Shown here piece by piece: positions 43,989-59,229 of a stretch of 64,000 nt of DNA (position 1 is the first letter of the stretch; every line of letters begins with the position of its first letter). The stretch lies in NCBI RefSeq assembly GCF_009914755.1, contig NC_060926.1, one strand, 5' to 3'. This stretch comes from the human T2T-CHM13v2.0 reference genome, Homo sapiens. The notes below the pieces were generated by a model. The model was not told the DNA's origin, searched no databases, and saw only the letters and a list, made by a program, of their open reading frames with translations. Both the position numbers and the translations under genes were made by a program.

Positions 43989-44683
43989 TTTAAGGTAATA
44001 TTAAAAGTATATCTAACAATAGTAACAGCAGCTGTAAATTAGGTAAGTGTTTTCTAGCATGACTTAAATTTGTATTCATCAACTTTCTGGACAAATATAA
44101 ACATTGTATTTTGAATTGATTCATTGCTTTAAAGTTGTAATTTATCAAAATATTTGTGGAATTGAAAAAATCAAAAGCACTATAAAAAATTACTTCTGTC
44201 TTTATTTGATATTAGAACACATCAGCAGAAATAATTTGCTGGCCAAGCAGTAATTGCATCAACAAGCTTTTCATAGATAGTGGGTAGAGCACCTTATAAG
44301 AAAGTGTGATTATTTATGATATATGATATTGACAAGGAAAAAGGTAAAAATGGAAATGGTAAAAATGAAAAGTGAAATTGATGATTCTAAAAGTAGAGTA
44401 ATAAAATTTGTTTACCTGGCATTATAAATACTCTGCAATTTTTTAAAGTTAATTGCCTAACACTCATATAAGATAGGCAATATAGCATTTAGAAAATGAG
44501 GAAACAAAGTCATAGAGATATTCAGAACATTACCTAAAGTTTCTTAATTAGTGCGCAGTGGAGCCTATATTTTCAAAATGCATTATTTTTTTTTTTTTTG
44601 GTTTCAAAGTCTATCACATATGCTTAAGAAATATTTGATCAAAATTCACTTTTAAGATGTTCCCTTAGCACGTTATTTAGCCA

Positions 44684-44762
44684 CCAAACTTAAAATGGTA
44701 GTAATTTGTTTTCTAATTTAGCCAAACTTAAAATGGAAGTAATTTGTTTTCTAATTCAGCCA
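44684..44762. repeat. 38-bp tandem duplication with 2 mismatches
   Basis: ccaaacttaaaatgg(t/a)agtaatttgttttctaatt(t/c)ag x2. Confidence 0.92.
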
Positions 44763-45639
44763 TGTAGGAAAGAAAGGAGGAACATGGCATTTGTACATGT
44801 TAGAAATTTCCGTAAAAGTTACGTAAAGCCAGACTGAAAACTATTAGGACAATATAGATGACAAATAAAGCTTTTTAAATGCCTGAACATAAAATGATAT
44901 AATGATATTTAATCACCATTTCTTTTCCAAGGACTGAAAAAGTAAAAAGAAATCTACAGGTAACATTGTTTTATAATGTGGAATAAGAAATGATGGCTAA
45001 AGGTCAAATAAGTCCACGGGTGATTTAGACTTTGTCTCAATAATTCCATCTAGCTAGCTCAAACCTTTATTAAGAATTTCTTGCACTGAGAATTATAAAT
45101 TAAAATGAACAAAAAGCTGAAATGTAAGAATTCTTATAAAAAGAAAAAGATTTATAGCATTGCAAGCTAAGAAAGAAAAACTATTTTTTTTTAAATTTCA
45201 CTGTTGTAACCAGAAGTAATGAATTTGTCACTTAAAATTATAAATACAAGGGTATATAATTTGATCATTTTGCAAAGTGTACAGAGAGCCTCCTTTATAC
45301 ACCTTAACCGCTTTCTTCCCCTCTCACAAGCAAAAGACTGATTATTCATTACCTATCCATTGATCTAATTTTTAAAACTTTTAGTTATCTATTCCCCATT
45401 GGGCATGTGATAAAGTTTTCAGTTTGTACTATAATATTTTTTAACAGAAAAGAAAAAATAATTGAGGTCTCCATCTTTGTCTCTTTCCATATCAGATCTT
45501 CTAAATGGAGGTAGATGAGTAAAAGGTGTAGAGCAGATTTGAGATGCATTTTATAAGAAAACCACCTGGGAAATTTCCCAAACAAGACAAGTCCCAGACT
45601 CTAATCACATCATGGAAATAACATGCTTCAGTAACTTTG

Positions 45640-45850
45640 AAGCAAACCTACAGTGTAGTAGGCAGATATCTAGATTACATTATTCCTCTCTTCCACTGAC
45701 TAGCTGTGTGACACCAGTCATATCACCTGACTTCTCTGTGGCAAGTTTCTTCCTTTGAAAGAAGGGGATGATAATAATAGAACCTCATGAAGTTTGTTTA
45801 AGGATTAAGGAGGTTAACATATATGTGTTGAATAGTAAACACCAGGGGAA
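45640..45850. mobile_element. MIR SINE fragment
   Basis: ccactgactagctgtgtgac...tcacctgacttctctgtggcaagtttcttcctttgaaagaaggggatgataataatagaacctcat. Confidence 0.75.
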
Positions 45851-46905
45851 TATTACTTATTACAATCAATATGAAATAAAGAAAATTATGTTTGTTAGAT
45901 AATGAGCAGCAAGTTGAAAATATTCTTATGGCTATGGTCAAGAGAAATCGGATGCTGTCGGTTCTACTAGCTATGATAATGTTCTTAGATTAAGAGAAAA
46001 GAATTATCTTCTAGAAAAAATTAAGCATCATGTTTATATCTTATCAATGGAAGAAACTGATTACAGACACAAATTTACTACTTCTTCATGCTCCGTACTG
46101 GTCAGTGAATACTGGATTACAGCACTTACTATGCAGTCCCTCTATCTGTATGATTCTTTGATTAAGGTTTTCACTTCTTGAAAGCAGAAGTTGTATCAAA
46201 ATTCTTTGAGTCTTAAATGTATACTAATGCTTCACATACAGTGGTACTCAATATATGTTGAATGTATGAGGAATGAATTTATAAAAATAAATGCATGGAT
46301 TTGACAGCTTTCAAAGAAAGAATGGAATTCATATAGAGTAGGTTTAACATTTAAAATGTAAAGTGTTTTCAGAAACTTCCTTCAAAACTTAAATCTACTT
46401 CTTAAAAACAAAAATCTACTTCTCAGCAGCCTTTTCGATGTGATTAGGTTCAAAGGACTGCACGGTTTTCTGTGTTTCTACTTCAACTTGACAGAAAATA
46501 TTTAATTTTTCTTAAATAAGTGAAAGAGATTTATACTTGTATTACTTCTTGACTAATATATCATAATATCTTTTTAAGAAAGAAAAGTAGAAAGCCTACT
46601 TGGTAGGAATTTTCATTTATTTATATACACATAATGGTTTTATTAGTTGGAATTGTTTTTTAAAGTTAAGATTTGTTTTAAATAAATTAAGATGAGGAAA
46701 ATGTTTTGCTTCTGAAATCTTGAAGGTATTTCAGAGTACATGTTGTATTGTCCATGCTTGTCTTCCAAAATTAACTACATATAGCAAGATTGGCACATCT
46801 TTTGTGGGTATGGTATATTTTTAATCTAGGCATCACATTGATTTGAGCTATATAATTATTTTGAAATGTTAGTGCTTATGAACTATTACATGATTTTATA
46901 TCTCA

Positions 46906-47112
<207 letters not shown>

Positions 47113-48487
47113 CTAAAAGAAAGATTGCCCATCAGACACAAATATGATTCTTTCTTATCTTAAATATGTGGTCTCTGCAATAAATTTATGTAATATCATA
47201 ACAAATGGTTGAAAAATTCATACACACATTTTAAAAAAACAAGTCTTTAGCACAACCACCGGCCATTAAGAAACCTATAACATGCTTAGAAATGATAGGG
47301 CCAGGTAAACAAACTTTATACAAGGAGAATATGATAAATGCCATTAGAGAATAATAAAGCAAAATCAAAAGATGTTTTTAGGGAGGTAAAATCAATTTCA
47401 GGTCTGAAAATAATTGTTCATTGCCCAGATAGTGTATGGGTTGCAACTTTAAGAATAAACAATAAAAGGTGATCAATTTATCAACGTTTATTTGGTTGGT
47501 TTGATGCTGTAGGATTATCAGGACCATAGGGTCTATACTTTATTCTATAGCATACTGACTGCATTATCAAAGTAGGGGCATTCAAAACTCACAGTGCAAG
47601 TGGCAAATAGAGTAAAGGAGTATGAGAAAGACACCAAAACCTTTGTTATGCTCTTCCTCACCTCGTCTATTTCTTAAGTATTTTTCCTATATTTTTAAAG
47701 TTACATAATTTTTGGAAACAATTTCAGTTCATGAAAACTAATTTTGGGGAAAAAATAAATGGAAATAAGTATCTTCTAAAACCTAGCTTTTATCTTTATG
47801 TCAGACTGTCGATATGAAAATAAAGGCTACCTTGCTTTACTGAGGAAACATAATACACTCTAGTCCAAGGCCCATTTGTTTAGAGTTTAGGTGAAATTAA
47901 TCCTAGAGAAATATATTATTATTTTTTAATTATCCAAGTCTATCTATTTTTCTAGTGTTAAATATAAAATATTTCTTTGGTTGGTTGATTAAAATGTGCA
48001 TCAATTCATTTGAATTGAGTTATTGCTTAGATACTGCATATCTCTCCAAATAAAACAAAACATATTTTAAAATATTTTTGGGGAAATTAAATAATATACT
48101 GAAACTTTTGATTCACTGTCTTCAAGCATGGGCAAGATTAAAACAAAAATCTGTCTTCCTTTTGTTCCGAAAAAAGAAAATTATACTAATGAACATGACT
48201 TACACATAATGTTAATAAAATCAAGGTGCTAAAATAAGTGTCTGTCTGAGGATTAAGACCTCTTTATGTATATGTATAATCATAATTATCTGTTCAGTAG
48301 CAGAGCCACTTGAATACTAAGGGAAGGTGCTAAAAGGTGGATCTGACGTGAAATAAAAAGCTCTTTTCCATAAGTCATGTCACATGATAATTCTGCTTAA
48401 TTAATCAACATGTTTGTGGTCCTTTCCACAGTTCCAAAGTCCTGATACTACTCATTTTGCAGTGAGTTTGCCATTGGCCTAGTCTTA

Positions 48488-48886
<399 letters not shown>

Positions 48887-50290
48887 TTAGGAGTGACATA
48901 GGAGAGAAGATTTGGTTACAATGCTTACACTGGCACAAACGGGAAAAGAGGAATTAAAAGCAACTTTCTTGTGCTACATTTGTCCTGGTGGACAAAAAAA
49001 AAAAAAAAAAAACTAATGCAAAGTGATTGGTAATGCCTGTTCAGCAATAGACATTAGCTTATCTTAGTACTAGCTTGTCTAGTATAAAAATACTATCAGC
49101 AATTTTCAAGGTATGTATTCTTATTTAGCTGGGAGTCTAGATAAAGCAGACCTTATCTCTACAGGCTCTGTTTAGCTAATGAGATGACAAGAATAAAAGT
49201 ATCAAGCTTTCCTTGATTTTCTTGCCAAATTATCCTCTTCTTAGGTATTAAAACCCCGAAAGAAAGGTAAAATTCTCCATTAGGGAAAGTGTTTTCTTGG
49301 TTTTACATAATTAATTTCATCAGAGCTAAATTCTGATGAGTTTAAATCATTTCCTATGCTAGTTACAGGATTAAATTATATAAGACATGCATGTTTTTAA
49401 ACTTTCTTCCATAGATGTCTACCAAACAATATTTAATAGAATAAGGCTGTAAAGCTTGTTCCTTCCTTTTCCGGGAGTTCAGTTTTTATTCCTATTCTGG
49501 GAATTTTTTGGGTGTCATTTTATGTATCATTAATGTCATCTGCTTTTTTTCTCCCCAAACAAAGCTCAAATGCTCTGTATTCTATATGCATTCATTTGAA
49601 AAAATGCTTGCTAATGCCAAGATGCTAATGAGAAAACAGGTGTTTCTGAAACTATTGAAGCCAAAAAAGGTTAACCACAGTTGAGGTATCGGTTTCTTTC
49701 CAACTAAATATTGAGTAAATAGAACTATGCTTAGTGAAAAGGGCAGGCTGACCTGAACTGCAAAGAACATTTTTTATTTCCTCCCTCACTGTCAGAATGT
49801 ATCACACATGTCATGAATATAAATCTGAGTAGACCTGGGTCCAAAGTCTCTTATTAATAAGATGCTTATTCACCTTCACAAGTTTGTTTCTTTGCTAACC
49901 CCGTGTAAATCAGAAGGGGAAAGCCTTAGATTATACAAGAGAGATTGCTGCATGTTAATCTCACTTAAATTAAGCCAGAAACTCCAGAGACTTCCTCAAT
50001 TCTATTTAAATTAAGGGCCTGTGCTTCAAAAACACATTTATAATACATATGTGTCTGGGACATAGGAAGAAAAAAGAAAAGTAAGAGTTTGATGTAAACA
50101 AATGATCAAATTGAAAAAAGTAAACATTTATAATCTTTTTAGCTCACTATAGATTCATTTCTTCCCACTTCCCACCTTGTCCTGCTAATTTGCTCCTGAC
50201 TAAAACCAGTAGACCTATTTCTATTAAATTAATTTTTAAAACTGTCAGTTTCAAGCTTTTTTCCTTCATGTTTAGATCATTTATGTAGCC

Positions 50291-50350
50291 TGATATTTTC
50301 CCATAAAGGTCACTAATGTTTGATATTTTCCCATAAAGGTCACTAATGTT
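50291..50350. repeat. Perfect 30-bp tandem duplication abutting an inverted repeat
   Basis: tgatattttcccataaaggtcactaatgtt x2. Confidence 0.97.
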
Positions 50351-50659
50351 ATTACTAACATTCATGTTAGTAATGTTAGTAATAACATTATTGTGACTAA
50401 TTACCTCTCTTTACGACAGGCAATTTGACTGTCATGGAGATTATAAGAATAAAAGAGTCATAATTTTGACTTCATAGCATGGAAGAGTATTACTTTATAT
50501 TAATAATAGTCACAACAAAGAGGCGTTCATATGTTCCTTTCATAATTGTTTTTGAACTGTCGTATTTTTCAATACAGAGAAATGTTGTACAGATTGAGTA
50601 ATCTCTGCTATTACTTTACTAAGAATGATGATGGTGATAACATTATTTTGCAGTCTTAC

Positions 50660-50806
50660 ATTTGACCATGACCATGTAAACGTCAATAGTGCAGATGGGA
50701 GGCTGAGGCAAACGTTCTCCTTTCTCTAATAAATCAGGGATTTCTCGCGTTGGAATTCCATCATAGGGTTTTCCTCCAAAGGTCATCAGTTCCCATATAG
50801 TAACTC
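50660..50806 (-). CDS. ERBB4: ERBB4 exon 23 (147 nt), kinase C-lobe
   Basis: Acceptor aatatag|GAGTTA, donor AAAT|gtaaga. Encodes (G)[48 protein letters not shown]. Confidence 0.99.
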
Positions 50807-52189
50807 CTATATTGGAGAAAAAATTCTTACTTAAGCATATTAACAACATATGTTGAACAAACCAGCACTATACCAGTAGTAAAAGAATACTCCTTACAGG
50901 TCAATCCAAACACCAATCAATTAAAAAAAAAAAAGCTCCATAAATTCCTGCATCCATTATGAGAACCCCAATGTCAAAATCTTTGTGGGGGAATTCAATT
51001 TTCTTATTATTGTCTTGGAATTTCTAATGGATAGAAGAGACAATTTACAGTGGATGTCAGCATATAGAATCTGTTCCCCATTTCTGCCTATAGGTAACAC
51101 TAATGTTTGCTGATCCAAGTTATACCACGTTACAGTCCATAAAACAATTCATCTACTATATATACATATGTATTCAGTACCAATAAATATGCTTTTGCCA
51201 GTAAAATAAGATATTGACTAATTTTAAGATCAGCATCTTTGCTATAAAAGGCTTCCAGAATAATTACCTTATGTTACAATAAAGAATTGTGACTCTCTCT
51301 AACTTACACAAAGAAAACAGTTGAATAAAACATAGACTTCTTTAGCACATATGAGAGCCTGAGAGAGGAATGTTCCATACGTAATATATAGTACATGTGA
51401 AGTAGTCACCAACAAAATTGTGAAGGGGATAGAAAGTAGTTTATTTTTTAGGTAATAAAATGGCTTTCTTGAATCACTGGGACATTGATTTTCTCTGCAA
51501 AAGCAAATACCCTAAATGGTAGCATGCAAACAGCCAGTTTTGGTGATAATGATGGTTCTGATTTGAGCAATAATATATACACTAAATATCTTTTTTGTAA
51601 TGTAATGATTATATAATTTAAGATAATATTTTCTTAGGGATAAAGATTTTTAAGTTCAGACATGGCTAGCTGGGCACAATAATATTACAAAGTGAATTTT
51701 GATTGATGTGTATATACAGTCATCTTTCAGTATAAAATCCATTAATTAGAGCTATGTTTTCTTTCCTATTGCCATCTGTAATGAATTATTTACTCAGGCT
51801 GAAGTATTTTTTAGTTTATAACAGTTATCATTGACTGATAACAAAAATACAAAGCTTAAAATATAAAACTATGTGGAATTTAAAATTATTCTTTCTAATA
51901 GAATATTAACTATTACCTGATTTTTTTGGTTAATATTTACATCTTAGGATTTTAGGTATATTGTTAACATGTACCTAGTGACAATTTAATTGACTGATTG
52001 TTATTACATCTTTAATTTTGTATATTAAGGAGAAGCTCCTAAAATCTATCATAAAAATTTTCTATGAGGCAGGCTGCAACAAGTTAAGTGGATGACTGTT
52101 CATCTCTAGATAGTCATACTTACAGAATATATATATATGTTTTATATTTTAGAATATTTTATATTTAGAATAGTTTATATTTTAGAATT

Positions 52190-52488
52190 ATCTATTTTGT
52201 ATTTTAGACAGGGTCTCAATCTGTCACTCAGAATGGAATGAAGAGGCATGATCACAGCTCACTGCACCCTCAACTTCCCCAGGCTCACATGATCTTTTCA
52301 CCTCAGCTTCCTGAGTAGCTGGGACTACAGGCATGAGCCACCATGCCTGGCTGATTTTCGTATTTTTTAGTAGATAAAGGGTTTCAGCATGTTGCCCAGG
52401 CTGGTCTCAAACTCCTGGGTTTGAGCCATCTGCCCACATCGGCCTCCCTAAATGCTAGGATTACAAGCACGAGACACCGTGCGGGGCC
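52190..52488 (-). mobile_element. AluJ-type element with a degenerate AT-rich tail
   Basis: Reverse dimer; agaatatatat on both flanks. Confidence 0.92.
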
Positions 52489-53177
52489 TAGAATATATAT
52501 TTAAGGAGAACACTTTATTAACTTAGGTAGGTAGTTATAAAAGATAGAGTAGATACTCTCACATTTCTAGCAGAACTCCCAACATAAGCAAGATACAAAG
52601 CAACTGTAAATCAAAATAATAGAAAATATAATAAACAAACAGCAACATATAAATACAAAAACAAAAGCCAAAATATAAAAAACTCTACTTCTTCTGATAA
52701 TAATCCAATTATATCCTTGTAAAGGTGATGACAAGATAGGGTTAGAAAAGGATGGTTTCAAGCAAAAGAACAATGTCAGGAAAGCTAAAACAAAACATCC
52801 TCGAATTTTACTTGCAATTCCTTTATCTTAAGATGTATATCACAGCCAGTGCTTATTTTGTAAAAATAAAAATGCACCTAGTGAGAATTTTCCATAAAGG
52901 TGCACTGTAAACAAGGTTATGCAACTTTATCTGCCTTTAACGCCTTTTGCAATCAACTATGATATATCACAACATTTTTTAAATGCCTTATGAATATGGG
53001 TTGATGACCTGGGCTGTGTTTCAAAACAGAGTACTACCTATCTATTTATTTATTTTTGCTGAACAGTTCCTGGGATTTTGCAACTCAACATGAAGAAAAA
53101 TGTTACACCCTGAGTAACAAGATTTTCCCCAAAAGACAAATTTTACTATTAAAAATATGACTGTTCTGCCCAGTTTA

Positions 53178-53263
53178 TATATATCTTGAGCTAATTTAAA
53201 TTTGCCTTCAGGAGACTGCCTATATATCTTGAGCTAATTTAAATTTGCCTTCAGGAGACTGCC
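53178..53263. repeat. Perfect 43-bp tandem duplication
   Basis: tatatatcttgagctaatttaaatttgccttcaggagactgcc x2. Confidence 0.97.
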
Positions 53264-54525
53264 ATATTTGATTCAGGGAACTGTAAGTAGAAAGAAAAAG
53301 AAAAAAGTATATACATATATAAAATATACTATATGATATAATATATAAATCTGACATAATATATATTCTATAAACCTATCTATATCATGTAATGTATAAA
53401 TGCTAATCTACATGCTAATCTGTATCATATAATATATAAAGTTATCACAGAATACATGCAATAGATGTTTTTCTATACACTTCTTACAATAGTTTAGCAA
53501 GTAAGTTTTGTCAAGCATTTCCACTACATTTGTCTATACCTCAGACACACGACATTTTCTATTTCTAAGCTGAGTAAAATAAACACATGAAACCTTCATG
53601 AAAATTTTACCACCTCCTATGGAATACATATGTGGAAGGAATAACCCACTTGATTGAAATGTCTTAAATACTTTTTTAAAGATAGTTAATTTTTTCCTAG
53701 ATAAGAATTGTAAGTTCTTCAGTGATTGAATGGTTTATATCTTTTTTTTCCAACAATGCAAAAAAGGTAAAACTTTTTTTTAAGCTTAAGTTTGAGTAAC
53801 ATAAATTGTACCATACATTTAAATCTCACCACCACCCTTTTATTTAAGTGGGCATTATGCTTTTTATTTGTAAGAAATGCTAATTTTATATGATATATTT
53901 AAACTTAGAAACGTATTGACTCCTTCTTGGTATTACCGGACTTACTTAAATTTTAAGTAGCCAGACAGATGCTAAATAGCTCATCTTAACAATTAAGTTA
54001 AACACAATAAAATAAATGTTCTAATTATAAATGTCACTCTTTTCCAGTTCATATTATTCACTCTGTAATATTTCTGTAACTCCACAAGTAGTTTGTAAAT
54101 TAAAATTAATGTTGTAATTAGCAATCTTCTCTTTTACCATGTTCATTGCTCTAACTTACTGCTGTCAGTAATTTTTCTTTGTTATGACAATAATCTGTTT
54201 TCTACTATAGAACATAAATTCTTACATGCAAGAAACCCACAAAAAAGTTGGTTTTGTTTTTGTTTGAATATTTATTGTATTCAGAGTTATGTTTTTGAAA
54301 GTTGCTTAAAATTAACACCATGAAATTCTATGAAATTGTCCCTAAACTAAAATTGGCTGATTTTTTTTTTTTCTGTCAAAATGATCAGGCAAGTTCCTAC
54401 AAAACCACAGCTTATGGAAAACATCTTAGCAGAAATATTAGTATATTACATTGTAATAAACCAGGAAAAAAAAAAAAACAGAAAAAGGCAGATAGCAATG
54501 CTATTTAGAATATTTTGTTGCTCTT

Positions 54526-54765
54526 CAATGGGAACACATGGACACAGGGAGGAGAACATCACACATCGGGGCCTGTCGGTGGATGGAGGGCAAGGGGAGG
54601 GAGAGCATTAGGACAAATACCTAATGCATGCAGGGCTTAAAACCTAGATGACGGGTTGATAGGTACAGCAAACCACCATGCCACATGTATACCTACGCAA
54701 CAAACCTGCAGGTTCTGCATGTGTATCGCAGAACTTAAAATAAAATAAAATAAAATAAAATAAAA
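54526..54765 (+). mobile_element. L1PA-type LINE-1 3' end (5'-truncated) with (TAAAA)n tail
   Basis: gaacacatggacacagggaggagaacatcacaca...gcattaggacaaatacctaatgcatg...cagaacttaaaataaaa. Confidence 0.95.
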
Positions 54766-54931
54766 TATTTTTTTTTCATTGAGAAAGCAAAGAGTTAACT
54801 GCTTTAGGAAATTAGGCTTATCAATAGGTATTTATAACACAACAAAATAATTTAGCTTAAGATATTTCACATGAACTTAACATATGTATTTTTGCTTTAC
54901 AAGCTTTAATTCGCAAAGAAGATTTATTTAC

Positions 54932-55007
54932 CATAGCTCCAAACGTCACTCTGATGGGTGAATTTCCTGTAATGTATACACTCCAGAGCCATCCATTTAA
55001 TTGGCAT
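54932..55007 (-). CDS. ERBB4: ERBB4 exon 22 (76 nt), kinase subdomains VIII-IX; not in the ORF track
   Basis: Acceptor ctctatag|ATGCCA, donor TATG|gtaaat. Encodes MPIKWMALECIHYRKFTHQSDVWSY, in frame with exons 21 and 23. Confidence 0.98.
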
Positions 55008-55132
55008 CTATAGAGAAGTAAGAAGTAAAAGTTTTAAAATTACATTAAAAATTCATTTCTATATGTATTTCCTAAATGTGAGTCTTTGGGCTGGCCTTAA
55101 TCATATTTTTTTATTATGTGTGTATAGATATA

Positions 55133-55191
55133 ACTATAACTATAAATATATGTTAATTTATGACTATAACTATAAATATATGTTAATTTAT
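55133..55191. repeat. 30-bp AT-rich tandem duplication
   Basis: actataactataaatatatgttaatttat x2. Confidence 0.9.
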
Positions 55192-55212
55192 AAAATACAT
55201 AAAGTGAATTAA

Positions 55213-55535
<323 letters not shown>

Positions 55536-57265
55536 ATACTTATTTTTTTTAAAAAAAAGCTTTATAAACAATTAAAGGTAAAAATAATTAAGTGGGGATA
55601 ACTTTCTATAGTTCTTAATTAACATTCAGTAATTAAGTTGCTAGTAAATATTATGATTTATAATATTAAATCTAAACATCTAATACACATGCTTCTAAAA
55701 ATGTGTTTATAGTTTTTTCTCAAAAAATGAGATTTGTTATACTTTCAGTTATCCCTTTTCACCCTCAGACACATTTTGGGCCACCAGTACAATGGACTCT
55801 TTCTATACTTGCCCCCTCCCTTCTCCTCTCATATAATTTGGCCACTAAAACGCCTAAAATCATGAATTCCAAAGTTAGCCTTGCTTTGTTTTCCAGCTTC
55901 AAATGACCCCTCTCATCTTGGTTAGCCAGTATTGAAAATATGTACCATTTTCAAAATAGGAACTATATAAAAGAATGTGAAAGGATCAGCACAAATCTAT
56001 CATCACTACAAGAAAAACATCTCAACCCACATATCCTGCTGATGATGGGTCAGCAGAATGAGTTTCAACTATGAAGGGCAGCATTATATAGCTGGGAATA
56101 TAATTAGATTCTATGGAATAAAGATAAACACTTCTACTTTGCAGTTGAAAGCTTAAAACTAAATAGGCCTTTGAAATCATGAGGTTGGCTGCTCACCAAG
56201 GTGACACCAAGGTAACTCTATGAGAGAATCATGGTATTCAGTGAAAGGGAAGAGAAGACACATTGAAAGTAATTTCCCTACGGGCAAGGAGTTAGCAGAC
56301 TTTATGGACTACGGACATTGTGTTAAAGAAGTAAGTTTAAATCACAGGTAGCTTGATAAAGACTTAATAGTTACCAAGCATTTAAAGCTATAATGAATCT
56401 TGCTTTAGACAAATCTTATGTCTCAAATCTTATGTTCTCAAGACAAGTGAAGCCATGTGATTTATAGACTTCAACTTCTGTGCAGTCTTAGAGTGAATTT
56501 CAATGCTGTGGTCTCAGACTACTGCAATTTGGTAGTAAACAAACAGGCAAAATAGGGTAGTTTTAAAATTTTTTGTGTTATTTTGCCTTGTGATAAAGTT
56601 AAGCATTTGGAAACCTATCATTGCAAAATATTTATAATATATATTTGGATGGCCCATATGATAAATAAGGCATATAATAAATATATTTATATGACATGAG
56701 AATAACTGGGTTTTTTTTTGTTGTTGTTAGTGTAAGCTTATAGGTCACCATAGCCTAAGATTGCATTTGCTTATTTCATTTGGGCTGCCTGACCTTAGGT
56801 TTCACTAGGTGAAGCTAGAGGGACCTCCATATGAAGTCTAGTCCTAATAGTTTGGCCAAGAAAGTCAAGCTAAAGAGAAGGTTAATGAGGAAATACAAGA
56901 CATGGGACTAAGGCATGGATTGAAACCATATAGTGGGTGAAAGAGTCAGGAACTCCATTGTCAGGCAGAGGCTGAGACTAGAGGGTCAGAAAAGGTAGAC
57001 GAGGCAGTGGCTCTGTTCAGGGTTCTTTGTAGTACCTAAACTTTTCTCTAATCTATGAGAGAGAATCTATGTTCTCTATAAGAGTTAGTGCTACGGTCTT
57101 TAGATCAGTGGGACAATTTCTACAGCCATGTGTTAAAGTTTAATTTCTAGAAGCCCTAAGGATCCACCCACTTTCCATCACTGGACCTAACATGAAGGTC
57201 ACCTGGGTACAGACATGCATCATCTTATTTTAGCTACTTTTGAGAAACGGAAGCTGGTAATATAT

Positions 57266-57322
57266 GGTATATATATATGTGTGTGTATATGATATATATA
57301 TACACACACATATATATATACC
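57266..57322. repeat. Perfect 25-bp inverted repeat with 7-nt spacer
   Basis: ggtatatatatatgtgtgtgtatat / atatacacacacatatatatatacc. Confidence 0.95.
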
Positions 57323-57427
57323 CGGGGCAGGAGAAGAGGCAAATGGTAGAACCAAGGCTTAATAATCTCCTAAGCTTCAGGCTTATTGGTTTTCTTGTAT
57401 AAAATATAAGGAGATAAAAGGATATTA

Positions 57428-57658
<231 letters not shown>

Positions 57659-59229
57659 TTAATGCCCAGGTTTTTCCATTTTTCTAAAACAAAGTTTCTT
57701 AGCCTTCAGTTGGAAGTGCCTAATTTTTTAAGTGAAGCCAGAATCCTAGAATATTTTCAAAATTAGAGAAAACCTGATTTGGGGGACAGCAAACCACAAA
57801 CAGCTTTTGGTGTTTTCTCCCTAAAGTCCTATGAGATGAAAGAATTACTTTCACATGAGCTAAATGTTAGATCATTATTTTTCCAAGTGACTTGATATCC
57901 TTTTGCAAACTCTTTCTTTAGTGAGGTGTGCAGGTGTTGTAGTAAATAAGCTAACATATGCTTGGATTGACCCACATATTTGTAATCATTCCTTCTCAAT
58001 AACTTCTGCTTCACGTCATCTTCCCCCTACACATCCAAACAAATACCTTTATCCATAATTTTTAGAAATATTTCATTTGAAGTTTAATGGTGCCAAAATC
58101 ACCATTATAGATTCTATGGAGGCTGAAGAATTATACTATTCTTATTATACTATTCTTATTAATCATGCACAGAATGAAGTATATACCCTAGCAGTCTTAC
58201 AAACCTGTAATTTTTAAGAAGACTTCTATGGTATCAGTAGTCATTATGAGAATCCATAGTGAAATTACACAGTTTGTAATGACACTGAAATTAGCCTTTA
58301 ATATTTTACCTTTATAAAACATAGAGGGAAATTAAAAATAAAATTTGTTGGTGTTTAGCAGCAAGAGACATAGCTGGCTCTCCTCACAATACATCCATGT
58401 ATAACAATATATAACACATGTTATGTATTAATATCTATACAAATTCAGAAAAAATAATCTAGAGGAGTAATAATTACTTTATTAATTGTACTTCAGTACT
58501 AGGTAAACTAAGGGTTGCTAAACATTATGTTTAACAAAAGAACTTATGTAAAACTAAGGAAATAAACCTGAGGCCGAGATTAGAGTGAATATATTTTTGT
58601 TGAAGTGTTAGGGGAAATTCTATATTTGATGATTTTTGTGGTAAAATGATCACCATTTAAAAATAGATTAGAATTATTATAAAATGTTGAAGCATACTCT
58701 CATGCCAATTGCAAATCAATGCTGTGGGCAGTTAACATTACAACTGCAGGACTTTGAAGGATTAATGGTTTCTAATATCAAAACAAAAGCTGTGGAAAAC
58801 AGACACATAAATCACACAGGTCAAAAAATTATGAACCGTATACCTGGTGTAGTGTAAAGAGAAGATTACTTCAAACAGCATCATGAGCCAAACCCCATAT
58901 AAATGCACATTAAACACAACCAGTGGGGATACTGCCTGATATGGTCTAATCAGTCAACAGTTGGGTGACGCTGTGTGTATTAGTGTTTTCTGAAATCAAC
59001 TTACAACCGAGATTTATGGGACTTTTGCCCTCTCTCCTAAACAGTGCTTTGTGTTTGAGTACATTAAATTAGAAATTCCTATAATAAAGTACATCTGAGA
59101 ACATATAGCCCTTATATGACTTAAAGGATCAAAAAAAAAAAAAAACAAATAAATGCATTGCCTTGGAGATAGAATATTTTCATATCTTCCCAAGTAATAC
59201 TATCCCTTTAACAAATGTTCATGAAACAT

